Part shown: positions 1 to 8,132 of the stretch, one piece after another
How positions within the stretch are numbered: position 1 is the first letter of the stretch
How the letters are laid out: every line of letters starts with the position of its first letter
Origin: a virus
Taxonomy: Duplodnaviria > Heunggongvirae > Uroviricota > Caudoviricetes
Reading direction: 5' to 3' (one strand)
Virus record (IMG/VR): IMGVR_UViG_638341085_000012
Length of the DNA: 42,309 nucleotides
Position numbers and translations under genes: made by a program
Notes under the pieces: model-generated
The model's input: the letters and a program-made list of their open reading frames with translations, nothing else
Databases searched by the model: none
What the model was told of the DNA's origin: nothing

Positions 1-1248
1 ATGGCACTGAATATTCCATTCAGAAATGCGTACTATCGTTTTGCATCCAGTTACTCATTTCTCTTTTTTATTTCCTGGTCGCTGTGGTGGTCGTTATACG
101 CTATTTGGCTGAAAGGACATCTAGGGTTGACAGGGACGGAATTAGGTACACTTTATTCGGTCAACCAGTTTACCAGCATTCTATTTATGATGTTCTACGG
201 CATCGTTCAGGATAAACTCGGTCTGAAGAAACCGCTCATCTGGTGTATGAGTTTCATCCTGGTCTTGACCGGACCGTTTATGATTTACGTTTATGAACCG
301 TTACTGCAAAGCAATTTTTCTGTAGGTCTAATTCTGGGGGCGCTCTTTTTTGGCCTGGGGTATCTGGCGGGATGCGGTTTGCTTGACAGCTTCACCGAAA
401 AAATGGCGCGAAATTTTCATTTCGAATATGGAACAGCGCGCGCCTGGGGATCTTTTGGCTATGCTATTGGCGCGTTCTTTGCCGGCATATTTTTTAGTAT
501 CAGTCCCCATATCAACTTCTGGTTGGTCTCGCTATTTGGCGCTGTATTTATGATGATCAACATGTGTTTTAAAGATAAGGATCACCAGTGCGTAGCGGCG
601 GATGCGGGAGGGGTAAAAAAAGAGGATTTTATCGCAGTTTTCAAGGATCGAAACTTCTGGGTTTTCGTCATATTTATTGTGGGGACGTGGTCTTTCTATA
701 ACATTTTTGATCAACAACTTTTTCCTGTCTTTTATGCAGGTTTATTCGAATCACACGATGTAGGAACGCGCCTGTATGGTTATCTCAACTCATTCCAGGT
801 GGTACTCGAAGCGCTATGCATGGCGATTATTCCTTTCTTTGTGAATCGGGTAGGGCCAAAAAATGCATTACTTATCGGTGTTGTGATTATGGCGTTGCGT
901 ATCCTTTCCTGCGCGCTGTTCGTTAACCCCTGGATTATTTCATTAGTGAAGCTGTTACATGCTATTGAGGTTCCACTTTGTGTCATATCCGTCTTCAAAT
1001 ACAGCGTGGCAAATTTTGATAAGCGCCTGTCGTCGACGATCTTTCTGATTGGTTTTCAAATTGCCAGTTCGCTTGGGATTGTGCTGCTTTCAACGCCGAC
1101 TGGGATACTCTTTGACCACGCAGGCTACCAGACAGTTTTCTTCGCAATTTCGGGTATTGTCTGCCTGATGTTGCTATTTGGCATTTTCTTCTTGAGTAAA
1201 AAACGCGAGCAAATAGTTATGGAAACGCCTGTACCTTCAGCAATATAG
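1..1248 (+). CDS. cscB: Sucrose:H+ symporter (LacY-family oligosaccharide permease), 415 aa, complete
   Basis: Full-length ORF from the first base; translation matches the CscB permease as I recall it (MALNIPFRNAYYRF...); 12-TM hydrophobic profile; csc locus is known to sit near argW in sucrose-positive E. coli. Confidence 0.85.
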   Translation: MALNIPFRNAYYRFASSYSFLFFISWSLWWSLYAIWLKGHLGLTGTELGTLYSVNQFTSILFMMFYGIVQDKLGLKKPLIWCMSFILVLTGPFMIYVYEPLLQSNFSVGLILGALFFGLGYLAGCGLLDSFTEKMARNFHFEYGTARAWGSFGYAIGAFFAGIFFSISPHINFWLVSLFGAVFMMINMCFKDKDHQCVAADAGGVKKEDFIAVFKDRNFWVFVIFIVGTWSFYNIFDQQLFPVFYAGLFESHDVGTRLYGYLNSFQVVLEALCMAIIPFFVNRVGPKNALLIGVVIMALRILSCALFVNPWIISLVKLLHAIEVPLCVISVFKYSVANFDKRLSSTIFLIGFQIASSLGIVLLSTPTGILFDHAGYQTVFFAISGIVCLMLLFGIFFLSKKREQIVMETPVPSAI

Positions 1249-1688
1249 ACGTAAACTTTTCCGGTTGTTGTCGATATCTCCCTATCCCTCAACCGGAAAA
1301 TAATAATACTAAAGTGCTTAGCCCTGCTAATAATCACCTAATCCAAACGCCTCATTCATGTTCTGGTACAGTCGCTCAAATGTACTTCAGATGCGCGGTT
1401 CGCTGATTTCCAGGACATTGTCGTCATTCAGCGACCTGTCCCGTGTATCACGGTCCTGCGAATTCATCAAGGAATGCATTGCGGAGTGAAGTATCGAGTC
1501 ACGCCATATTTCGCTATCAGGATTCTGTGTGATGGTTACATCGCCCGGCCCAGGGCTGTTTAGTCATCAGCGCTTTCTGACAGTGCTGAGATTTCAACCT
1601 GTTGCAGTAAAAATGAGTAGATATAAGGCAAGTGTGCTGCCAAACCTATCTTTTACGGGGTGAAGGTAGATTTCGTTTGAAGGGTATC

Positions 1689-1703
1689 TGGTGTCCCCTG
1701 CAG
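1689..1703. repeat. attR core: 15-bp direct repeat identical to the 3' end of argW (tggtgtcccctgcag)
   Basis: Exact 15-mer identity with 41227..41241; flanks diverge on both sides. Confidence 0.8.
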
Positions 1704-1776
1704 ACATCTACTTGAAGCGGCAGGGGATTGATTGGAATGGTGTTTTTTAGATGTGAGAAATATTTTACCCGCTATT

Positions 1777-1977
1777 TTACCCATTGGCGCGGCTTAAGAG
1801 CTTATTTTTGAATTCACAATGGTCACGATATAACCATCTTGCTCGTCCGTGGATAACTTTGGCTTTTGGCAGGTCGCCGGACTTAATCCGGTCGTAGATG
1901 AAGGTTTTACCGAAGCCAGTATCGGCCATGATGAATTTCAAATCAACCAGTGAATCAGGCTGTAGTTCGTGTTGCAT
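1777..1977 (-). CDS. torI: Excisionase / TorR inhibitor TorI (AlpA-like winged-helix DNA-binding protein), 66 aa
   Basis: 66-aa ORF MQHELQPDSLVDLKFIMADTGFGKTFIYDRIKSGDLPKAKVIHGRARWLYRDHCEFKNKLLSRANG matches recalled KplE1 TorI; lies beside attR at the end opposite the integrase. Confidence 0.8.
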   Translation of the reverse strand: MQHELQPDSLVDLKFIMADTGFGKTFIYDRIKSGDLPKAKVIHGRARWLYRDHCEFKNKLLSRANG

Positions 1978-2020
1978 GAGTGCTATCTCCGAATAGGGAA
2001 TCGAACCTGCAAATCAGGCA

Positions 2021-2043
2021 ATAAAAAACCGCCATCAGGCGGC
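2021..2043 (-). terminator. Putative rho-independent terminator closing the leftward early operon upstream of torI
   Basis: Minus-strand reading GCCGCC-TGAT-GGCGG followed by TTTTTTATT. Confidence 0.45.
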
Positions 2044-2108
2044 TTGGTGTTCTTTCAGTTCTTCAATTCGAATATTGGTTACATTGTTTTAATATATGAA
2101 TAAATAAA

Positions 2109-2288
2109 TTAGCTTTTTTCGTTGCCTTCGCGTTCTTTATTAATTTTAACAAACTCGTTTTTACCACGCTCTCCAAATGCGTCTTTAGAGTCGTTGTATC
2201 CGCAATCGCAGCACACATAATCACCAGACCATCCGCGCATTGTTTTTTCTTTTGCAATATTTCCAGAACCGCATTTTGGACAAGACAT
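2109..2288 (-). CDS. Small zinc-ribbon protein (CPxCG...CCDCG), 59 aa
   Basis: ORF with GGAGG 7 nt upstream of the internal ATG (MSCPKCGSG...); two Cys pairs typical of a zinc ribbon; start chosen by SD. Confidence 0.45.
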   Translation of the reverse strand: MSCPKCGSGNIAKEKTMRGWSGDYVCCDCGYNDSKDAFGERGKNEFVKINKEREGNEKS

Positions 2289-2384
2289 ATCACTACCTCC
2301 AAAGCATGAGTGAGATGACAACGTAACATTGATTGGAGATTAACAATAGATTGCTGATGTAAAAGATATGTATAAGCTTCGCTT

Positions 2385-2936
2385 TCAAAGTGGAGGCTCT
2401 GGTAGCGGCATCCAGTGTGACGGCTCACATACCCCCTCAACACCATTCATGTAAAAGAATTGAAATAACCCTTTACCTTTGTGAAACCCTACCATCTGCT
2501 CTTTTGTGTCTGAGCAATAAACCAAAACATCTTCTTCGCTTGGCATTCGCTCACTACAGCTTATCCAACCATCCGGAGTTACCGGAGAGTTGCCCGATGG
2601 CTCGTTCAACTTGCAAGTTTGGCTTACAGGTTCGGCTTCCAGTTCTGCTATGCGCTTTTTTGCTGCTTCCAGCTCGCCAAGCAGCGCCAAGACGGTAGCC
2701 GGATTGGCTGCGGCGATGAATTCAGCATTGGCCTGCTGTTCCATTTGGAAATCTTCATCGAAACCGCTTTCTGGATGCGCTCCTTCAATTCTGCAAATGG
2801 GAATATATCCAGCAACTTCACGATGAATTAGCGCATCATCACCATCAAATCGGCTCTCCCCATATTCGAGCGACCACTCACCACACGTTGCTTTTTCTGC
2901 CGCCTCACGCAGTGCCTGATAGTCAATCTTGCTCAC
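2385..2936 (-). CDS. Ead/Ea22-like early protein with DUF551-like C-terminus, 183 aa (GTG start)
   Basis: Reverse complement of 2936 downward reads GTG AGC AAG ATT GAC ([17 protein letters not shown]...) and ends TGA at 2385..2387; the plus strand has stops in this frame, so the + label in the ORF track is wrong; FIAAANPATVLALL motif. Confidence 0.6.
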   Translation of the reverse strand: MSKIDYQALREAAEKATCGEWSLEYGESRFDGDDALIHREVAGYIPICRIEGAHPESGFDEDFQMEQQANAEFIAAANPATVLALLGELEAAKKRIAELEAEPVSQTCKLNEPSGNSPVTPDGWISCSERMPSEEDVLVYCSDTKEQMVGFHKGKGLFQFFYMNGVEGVCEPSHWMPLPEPPL

Positions 2937-3406
2937 TGGTTGCCTCCCTTGCGAAGCTCTGCGACGAACTCGTTAAGTGATATGTAGCAATCTCCAAATG
3001 TTAACGAACCGCTCGACTGCATATGCTCCATAGCCATCTCCACGCCCTGCGCCCGTACTTCAGCCAGGAATGCGTCGGTGGCTGGGGTTTTGATTTCGTT
3101 AAGCGCATCACTGAATCCACCACGCTCCATACCTAGCTCTGCTTCGTAATCGGCATCGAATGCAGCGTCTTTGCAGAACTTCTTCATCCCCGCACTCTCC
3201 GCTGCCAGCGCCACGCACTTGGCCTCAAGGTTATCAATCGTGATTCCAGCAGAACGACACTCCCGCAACGCCGTTTCCAGTTTTGATTCAAGATCACCGA
3301 ACTTACGCACCAGATATTCAGCGTTTGTTTCGTTAACCTTTAAATCTCGTGGGATGCATTTACCTTTCAGAAAACCATCCATCTCAATTAGTGACATTTG
3401 TTTCAT
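2933..3406 (-). CDS. Hypothetical early-left protein, 157 aa
   Basis: ATG verified at 3406 on the minus strand; 4-bp overlap with the downstream gene; protein-like composition. Confidence 0.5.
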   Translation of the reverse strand: MKQMSLIEMDGFLKGKCIPRDLKVNETNAEYLVRKFGDLESKLETALRECRSAGITIDNLEAKCVALAAESAGMKKFCKDAAFDADYEAELGMERGGFSDALNEIKTPATDAFLAEVRAQGVEMAMEHMQSSGSLTFGDCYISLNEFVAELRKGGNQ

Positions 3407-3567
3407 TTCTTCCCACTCCGCAACATCGCATTCAGATATTTGTTTTGATTCACTGATGGAAAAGAATTTCTCTTAAGTAATTCCTCTCTCGATGGCATTG
3501 GCTTTACGCGTTGGCGAATAATCATTTCTGCCGGAAGAATGCCGGGATTGTATGCAAGTCCTCTCAT
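3403..3567 (-). CDS. Hypothetical small protein, 54 aa
   Basis: ATG 10 nt after the upstream stop, with GAGGA SD overlapping that stop; start chosen over the longer 105-aa reading frame. Confidence 0.3.
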   Translation of the reverse strand: MRGLAYNPGILPAEMIIRQRVKPMPSREELLKRNSFPSVNQNKYLNAMLRSGKK

Positions 3568-3577
3568 AGTAAATTCC

Positions 3578-3874
3578 TCAGTCATTACTGATAGCGCCAT
3601 AGCGTGAGCGGTAATTACGCAGGCGAGGGTCGATATATTCAGGGAAGTGGGTATATGTGGCTTTGCGGAATGGTCGGATTGATGTCTGGTAAATTCGCTC
3701 GCGTTCTTCTTTCTCTGCAAGCCATATACAATGGCGAAATTCCTTTTCCTCTTTCGTTTCCTGCGGTAGCGACATTATCCGGTTGTAGTTTTTCCTGAAT
3801 TTATCCAGCACCTCCGATACGGAATTGCCGGAACAGCGGCGCGCGTCATCCGCACCATACAGAGGCGCTGGCAT
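3578..3874 (-). CDS. Hypothetical early-left protein, 98 aa
   Basis: [16 protein letters not shown]...; sits between ssb and the downstream small ORF in the same leftward operon. Confidence 0.45.
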   Translation of the reverse strand: MPAPLYGADDARRCSGNSVSEVLDKFRKNYNRIMSLPQETKEEKEFRHCIWLAEKEERERIYQTSIRPFRKATYTHFPEYIDPRLRNYRSRYGAISND

Positions 3875-3887
3875 GATTTTCTCCTGA

Positions 3888-4403
3888 TTAAATTGCGTGA
3901 ATAGCGTGACGAGGGAAGGGGAGAGTTACTGGTGCAAAGGGTATATCGTCGTCAAAATCCATAGGTGGTTCGCTGTGATTCCCCTGCTGCTGAGGTTGCT
4001 GTCTTTGTTGCTGACCGTTATTTCGCTGAGGTGAAGACTGTTCATTGCCTCCTTGCTTGCCACCAAGCATTTGCATGGTTCCACCAACGCCTACGATAAC
4101 TTCGGTAGTGAACCGATCCTGTCCACTTTGATCCTGCCATTTTCTTGTCCGCAATTTGCCTTCAAGATAAACCTCTGAGCCTTTCCGCAGATACTCGCTG
4201 GCAATTTCTGCCAGTTTCCCGCTCATTACCACACGGTGCCACTCCGTCTGCTCCTTTTGCTCTCCAGTTTGCTTATCACGCCATTGTTCTGACGTAGCAA
4301 CTGTAAGGTTTGCAAATGCCGTTCCTGATGGTGAATATCTGATTTCTGGATCATGCCCAAGGCGACCAATAATGATCACCTTATTTACGCCTCTGCTTGC
4401 CAT
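3888..4403 (-). CDS. ssb: Single-stranded DNA-binding protein with a 15-residue extension after the DDDIPF motif
   Basis: N-terminal OB-fold sequence ([44 protein letters not shown]...), Gly/Gln-rich linker, ...[11 protein letters not shown] followed by [15 protein letters not shown] before the stop. Confidence 0.85.
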   Translation of the reverse strand: MASRGVNKVIIIGRLGHDPEIRYSPSGTAFANLTVATSEQWRDKQTGEQKEQTEWHRVVMSGKLAEIASEYLRKGSEVYLEGKLRTRKWQDQSGQDRFTTEVIVGVGGTMQMLGGKQGGNEQSSPQRNNGQQQRQQPQQQGNHSEPPMDFDDDIPFAPVTLPFPRHAIHAI

Positions 4404-5111
4404 TTATGCCGCCTGTTTTAGCTCGTTAACTCTGATGTTCATTACCTGAACGCATTTAGCCTGCGCATCCTCATTGCCAGCCATTAATTGCCAGTCACGC
4501 TGATAACGCTCGATGAGTTTTTTCTTGTCAGTTTCTGTTGACGCATAATCGCTGAAGTCTTTCAGGATTTTCTCGCAGTCAACCGATGGAGATTTCTGGT
4601 TGGTACTTTCTGGTGATGGTTTGTTATCTGATGCTGGGATTGCCCATCCCGGCAGCGATGGAGGGAGCCAGTAAAATCCTGTTCCATCCTTGAGTTTTGC
4701 CCTGTGCCACCCCTGCTTTTTATCGAGAGATGTTTGTGCGAAACCTTCCTCAAGGTTATACAGATACCGACCGATTCCCCACTGAACGGCAGCGCGCTTC
4801 ATTGCACCGGAACGACCACCTTTGACGGCTTCTACCTGCGTGTTTTCAGCAGCATCCCATTTGGTTACCCATTCGGAATCAATCTTTATTGATATGCCGC
4901 ATTCAACGCCGCCGTTGTTGGGAATATCGCGGTATTCATTGCGCCATCCTGCTTTGCCGCAAACATCGTCCAGGCGTTTCATGATTGCCCGGTTCGTGAC
5001 ATAAGCCAGCACCATAGCCCACACTTTGCCATCGCGTGTTTTACCGCTTTGCTGTATTCGCCATTCGATATCTTCAGGGCTGAATGGCTCATCGAATTTA
5101 TTCAAATCCAT
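4404..5111 (-). CDS. Single-strand annealing recombinase (Erf/Rad52-like superfamily), 235 aa
   Basis: KRAAVQWGIGRYLY motif; immediately upstream of ssb in the early-left operon; GAGGTG SD. Confidence 0.6.
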   Translation of the reverse strand: MDLNKFDEPFSPEDIEWRIQQSGKTRDGKVWAMVLAYVTNRAIMKRLDDVCGKAGWRNEYRDIPNNGGVECGISIKIDSEWVTKWDAAENTQVEAVKGGRSGAMKRAAVQWGIGRYLYNLEEGFAQTSLDKKQGWHRAKLKDGTGFYWLPPSLPGWAIPASDNKPSPESTNQKSPSVDCEKILKDFSDYASTETDKKKLIERYQRDWQLMAGNEDAQAKCVQVMNIRVNELKQAA

Positions 5112-5198
5112 AATTCACCTCAGAATGGACACGGCCCAAGGAAATAACGCTGATTTAATACTTCAGTCTTTGCCGCATTTAAAAATACGCGAACACCT

Positions 5199-5369
5199 TC
5201 ACGATCTCCCTTCTGGCGATACATTAACGCCTGCTGCGTGTACATGCGTCTCTGTAACTTGCTCTCCTTCACTGTGGTTGCAAGTGACATGAATATCTCC
5301 TTCGTTACCGATTAATTCTTTCATCTGACGAATGAATTCTTCGTCTGACCAGTTATCCGTAAAACTCAT
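5199..5369 (-). CDS. Hypothetical protein, 56 aa
   Basis: ATG overlaps the kil stop (ATGA); AGGAA SD; MSFTDNWSDEEFIRQMKELIGNEGD... Confidence 0.4.
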   Translation of the reverse strand: MSFTDNWSDEEFIRQMKELIGNEGDIHVTCNHSEGEQVTETHVHAAGVNVSPEGRS

Positions 5370-5518
5370 TTCCTGCGATACCACGGAAGGTTGATAGCTG
5401 ATTTCATCGCTTTATTTGCTTCAAGCCACATTTTTGAATCACCAATAAATCGGGCTATTACTGCTTTGTTCTGTGCAGCACGAAGCATCTGGTGATTGAT
5501 GGCTATTTCATTGCGCAT
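5366..5518 (-). CDS. kil: Kil-like host cell-division inhibitor, 50 aa
   Basis: 50-aa ORF overlapping the end of cIII as in lambda; RFIGDSKMW motif resembles recalled lambda Kil (FIGDEKMF); below the 60-aa track cutoff. Confidence 0.5.
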   Translation of the reverse strand: MRNEIAINHQMLRAAQNKAVIARFIGDSKMWLEANKAMKSAINLPWYRRK

Positions 5519-5634
5519 AATAAGACCTCAAATCTTTTCCATCCGTCACGTAATTTACGGGTGATTCGTTCAAGTAAAGATTCATTTAATTGGAAGGCAC
5601 CCATGCGAGCGCCTCCCGCGATTGCGTAAATCAT
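5503..5634 (-). CDS. cIII: CIII (FtsH inhibitor, CII-stabilising), 43 aa
   Basis: MIYAIAGGARMGAFQLNESLLERITRKLRDGWKRF... carries the lambda CIII core ESLLERITRKLRDGWKR; AAGGAA SD 8 nt upstream. Confidence 0.7.
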   Translation of the reverse strand: MIYAIAGGARMGAFQLNESLLERITRKLRDGWKRFEVLLCAMK

Positions 5635-5658
5635 GGGTGGTTCCTTATGTTGGTTTTA

Positions 5659-6627
5659 TTAGTAGGTTATTTTTGTTGCGAATACTTCGCCTTTTACGAT
5701 GGCTGTTATGATATTTTTAGCAACATCTTCTGATGCGCCAACCTTGATAAGGTCAGCAAGTATTTTGTTATTTACTTCTTTCCGGTGAGCTTTATCCTTT
5801 GCTCTACGCTCTTCTTCGTCCTTGATTCTTTTTTCTTCTGCTATTCTGGCTTGCTCTTTTGCTTCAGCCTCGCGCCGGATTCGTTCAGCCTCCTCCTGTG
5901 CTTTTCGGCGTTCTGCTTCAATTGCCGCCTGCTTTTCTCTTTCAGCTCGTTCTGCTGCCTCTTTTGCTTCGCGCTGTGCTCGTTGCTCGGCTTCAATGCG
6001 TTCACGCTCTGCACGTTCCGCTGCGGCCTTAGCTTCTGCTTCTCGCCTTGCTGCTGCTTCAATTTCGGCTTTTGCCTTTGCTTCGGCTTCAGATCTGGCT
6101 TTCTCTTCAGCTTCTCTTTTTAAGCGTTCTTCATGCTCTCGCTTTTCCTGCTCCGCTTTGAGTCTTGCCTCTTCTCTTTGGCGGTCAAATTCGCGATCCA
6201 TCAAAATCGCTATTTCATGGTCAGACTCAATTTGCTTTGCGAGAGCTTCAGCTGCTGCCTTAGCTTCTTCTTCGGCTTTAATCCGCGCCTGCTCCTCCTC
6301 ATAATCAGTAAGAGGCTGGCGCGCCTTGGCTTTCAGTTCATCAAGGCGATCACGCACTGTCTTGCGGTTGGCATCAATTAGCTTTGGAATTTCCTTAAGT
6401 TCAGCAACAAGGTCTTTGCCAAGACCATCGAGATATGTTTTCGTCTGCGCAACTTTATACGCCAGAGAAGCGATCTCCTTTCTGCCCTTTGCCGTTGTGA
6501 TATCAGGCACAAAGGACATAACTTCACGTTCAACCTTTTGAAGGATTTCTTCAATCTGGTCGGCAGACTGAAATACAGTCATTGCATTTGCTTTTTCAAT
6601 AACAACTAAATCTGTTACTTCACTCAT
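5659..6627 (-). CDS. Hypothetical early protein with a long E/R/K/A-rich predicted single alpha-helix or coiled-coil region, 322 aa
   Basis: Globular N- and C-termini flanking ~180 residues of EAKR-type low complexity; ATG verified at 6627. Confidence 0.55.
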   Translation of the reverse strand: MSEVTDLVVIEKANAMTVFQSADQIEEILQKVEREVMSFVPDITTAKGRKEIASLAYKVAQTKTYLDGLGKDLVAELKEIPKLIDANRKTVRDRLDELKAKARQPLTDYEEEQARIKAEEEAKAAAEALAKQIESDHEIAILMDREFDRQREEARLKAEQEKREHEERLKREAEEKARSEAEAKAKAEIEAAARREAEAKAAAERAERERIEAEQRAQREAKEAAERAEREKQAAIEAERRKAQEEAERIRREAEAKEQARIAEEKRIKDEEERRAKDKAHRKEVNNKILADLIKVGASEDVAKNIITAIVKGEVFATKITY

Positions 6628-6639
6628 ATATCCTCCATC

Positions 6640-6666
6640 AAAAAAATTGCCCTCACATTAGAGGGC
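6640..6666 (-). terminator. Rho-independent terminator within the early-left operon
   Basis: Minus-strand GCCCTC-TAATGT-GAGGGC followed by AATTTTTTT. Confidence 0.55.
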
Positions 6667-6759
6667 AAAGAAGATTTCCAATAATCAGAACAAGTCGGCT
6701 CCTGTTTAGTTACGAGCGACATTGCTCACATAGCAGACTCGTAAATCTGCTATAGGCGC

Positions 6760-6921
6760 TTATTCGCATCGCATGACAACATCAAATTTTTCGAGATTAC
6801 TTTGTCGCAACAATCCTTCTTCTACGCGGTCAGCTTTTCTATAATTATCAAATTCGAAATGTTTAATTACTTCTTTTGTTTCTCGCTCTATAACTTCAAC
6901 AATGTATTTCTTATTCATCAT
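6760..6921 (-). CDS. Hypothetical protein, 53 aa
   Basis: ATGATGA overlap with the stop of the upstream 98-aa gene; MMNKKYIVEVIERE... Confidence 0.3.
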   Translation of the reverse strand: MMNKKYIVEVIERETKEVIKHFEFDNYRKADRVEEGLLRQSNLEKFDVVMRCE

Positions 6922-7214
6922 TCTTCCCCAAGAGCTTTTCTGATTGCTGCAAGACCTTTATTAACAGTTCCATACCATTCTGGATATGTTGTCGTTGTTC
7001 TATTTTTGGTTTGCTTAAGTAATAACTGAAGTGCTTCGAGAAGGTCAGGTGCTGCCGCTATTAGATTGGCATCTTCAATGCATTGAACTTCCTCACAGAT
7101 TGCAATATACGAACGCCAGCCTGCGCCATTTTCAAGTGAGTCTGCCTGGATGATTTTAATCTCATCGCCATCCATCATTATTTCCCACTTACCTTCAGTA
7201 CCTTTAAATTCCAT
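6918..7214 (-). CDS. Hypothetical Ea22-related protein, 98 aa
   Basis: LIAAAPDLLEAL motif shared with the Ea22-like protein at 2385..2936; first gene after the tL1-like terminator. Confidence 0.5.
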   Translation of the reverse strand: MEFKGTEGKWEIMMDGDEIKIIQADSLENGAGWRSYIAICEEVQCIEDANLIAAAPDLLEALQLLLKQTKNRTTTTYPEWYGTVNKGLAAIRKALGEE

Positions 7215-7236
7215 GTTAGCCTCTGTTGTTTATGCC

Positions 7237-7262
7237 AAAAATAAAGGCCGACTATGCGGCCA
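7237..7262 (-). terminator. tL1-like rho-independent terminator downstream of N
   Basis: Minus-strand GGCCGCATAGTCGGCC followed by TTTATTTTT. Confidence 0.55.
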
Positions 7263-7462
7263 TCACTTAAATTTCCTTTCATCCCCAATCAAGCGTTTCA
7301 AATGCTACATCACGCATGTTTTCGTCTTTTTCGTCCCGATCCATTTCATCCCACTCATTCTCGGATAAGCCAAGATCACCGAGTGTTACAACTGTCTTTT
7401 TGCAAGAATGAAGTTTGCGCCGGAATCCAACCAAATTTCAAATTTACGTTCCATATATCACC

Positions 7463-7789
7463 TCAAATAAGTGGTTTGCTGCCTAATTTTATTTTCTGGC
7501 GACCAACACAAGTCACACCCATTTCACTGCGTGGCTTGCTGTACCATGTGCGCTGATTCTTGCGCTCAATACGTTGCAGGTTGCTTTCAATCTGTTCGTG
7601 GTATTCAGCCAGCACCGTAAGGTCTATCGGATTCAGTGCGCTTTCTACTCGTGATTTCGGTTTGCGATTCAGCGAGAGAATAGGGCGGTTAACTGGTTTT
7701 GCGCTTACCCCAACTAACAGGGGATTTGCTGCTTTCCATTGAGCCTGTTTCTCTGCGCGACGTTCGCGGCGGCGTGTTTGTGCATCCAT
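7463..7789 (-). CDS. N: Antitermination protein N, 108 aa
   Basis: MDAQTRRRERRAEKQAQWKAANPLLVGV... matches recalled lambda N including the arginine-rich motif. Confidence 0.9.
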   Translation of the reverse strand: MDAQTRRRERRAEKQAQWKAANPLLVGVSAKPVNRPILSLNRKPKSRVESALNPIDLTVLAEYHEQIESNLQRIERKNQRTWYSKPRSEMGVTCVGRQKIKLGSKPLI

Positions 7790-8057
7790 CTGGATTCTCC
7801 TGTCAGTTAGCTTTGGTGGTGTGGTGGCTGGTAGTCTAGCTCCAGCTTGTTGAGTCTCATTCGGAGGGGTATAACCGGCACCCCAGCGATTTTTCCATGC
7901 GACAACGTGCGCGTTATGGCGGCCTTATCGCCCGCGGCTCCCCATCTCGTCCACGCTATTGCTAGCGTTGGGAGCGCTTCACCGCTCAACAGTAGGTAAG
8001 CACTTGCCAGTGACTAGCTGGCTTCACCACACCCCAAAGCCTTCTGCTTTGAATGCT

Positions 8058-8089
8058 GCCCTTCTTCAGGGCTTAATTTTTAAGAGCCT
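8058..8089 (-). promoter_or_regulatory. nutL: nutL (boxB GCCCTGAAGAAGGGC with adjacent boxA-like GCTCTTAA)
   Basis: Reverse complement of 8058..8072 is the lambda nutL boxB; boxA-like sequence 8081..8089. Confidence 0.7.
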
Positions 8090-8132
8090 CACCTTCATGG
8101 TGGTCAGTGCGTCCTGCTGATGGCTTAAAATT

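Noticed and set aside
1125-1337. 70-aa minus-strand ORF overlapping the 3' end of cscB
   Set aside because: Antisense to the cscB coding region and running into noncoding sequence; no support.
2063-2446. 127-aa minus-strand ORF spanning the zinc-ribbon gene and the 3' end of the Ea22-like gene
   Set aside because: It overlaps two better-supported genes in other frames and has no RBS; the shorter zinc-ribbon ORF with a GGAGG SD is preferred.
2385-2936. ORF track lists this 183-aa ORF (MSKIDYQAL...) on the + strand
   Set aside because: The plus strand at 2385 reads TCA AAG TGG AGG CTC TGG TAG with an early stop. The reverse complement from 2936 gives GTG-initiated [17 protein letters not shown]... 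ending TGA at 2385..2387. Annotated on the minus strand.
5785-6304. Plus-strand ORFs of 112 and 160 aa and a possible CRISPR-like repeat region
   Set aside because: These are alternative-frame or antisense readings of the low-complexity DNA that encodes the E/R/K-rich protein. The repeats are short, irregular and have no spacer structure, so this is not a CRISPR array.
7807-7989. 60-aa minus-strand ORF within the N leader
   Set aside because: Lies inside the GC-rich structured leader between nutL and N, has no SD, and is more likely untranslated RNA structure. Kept as a caveat under the N-leader finding.
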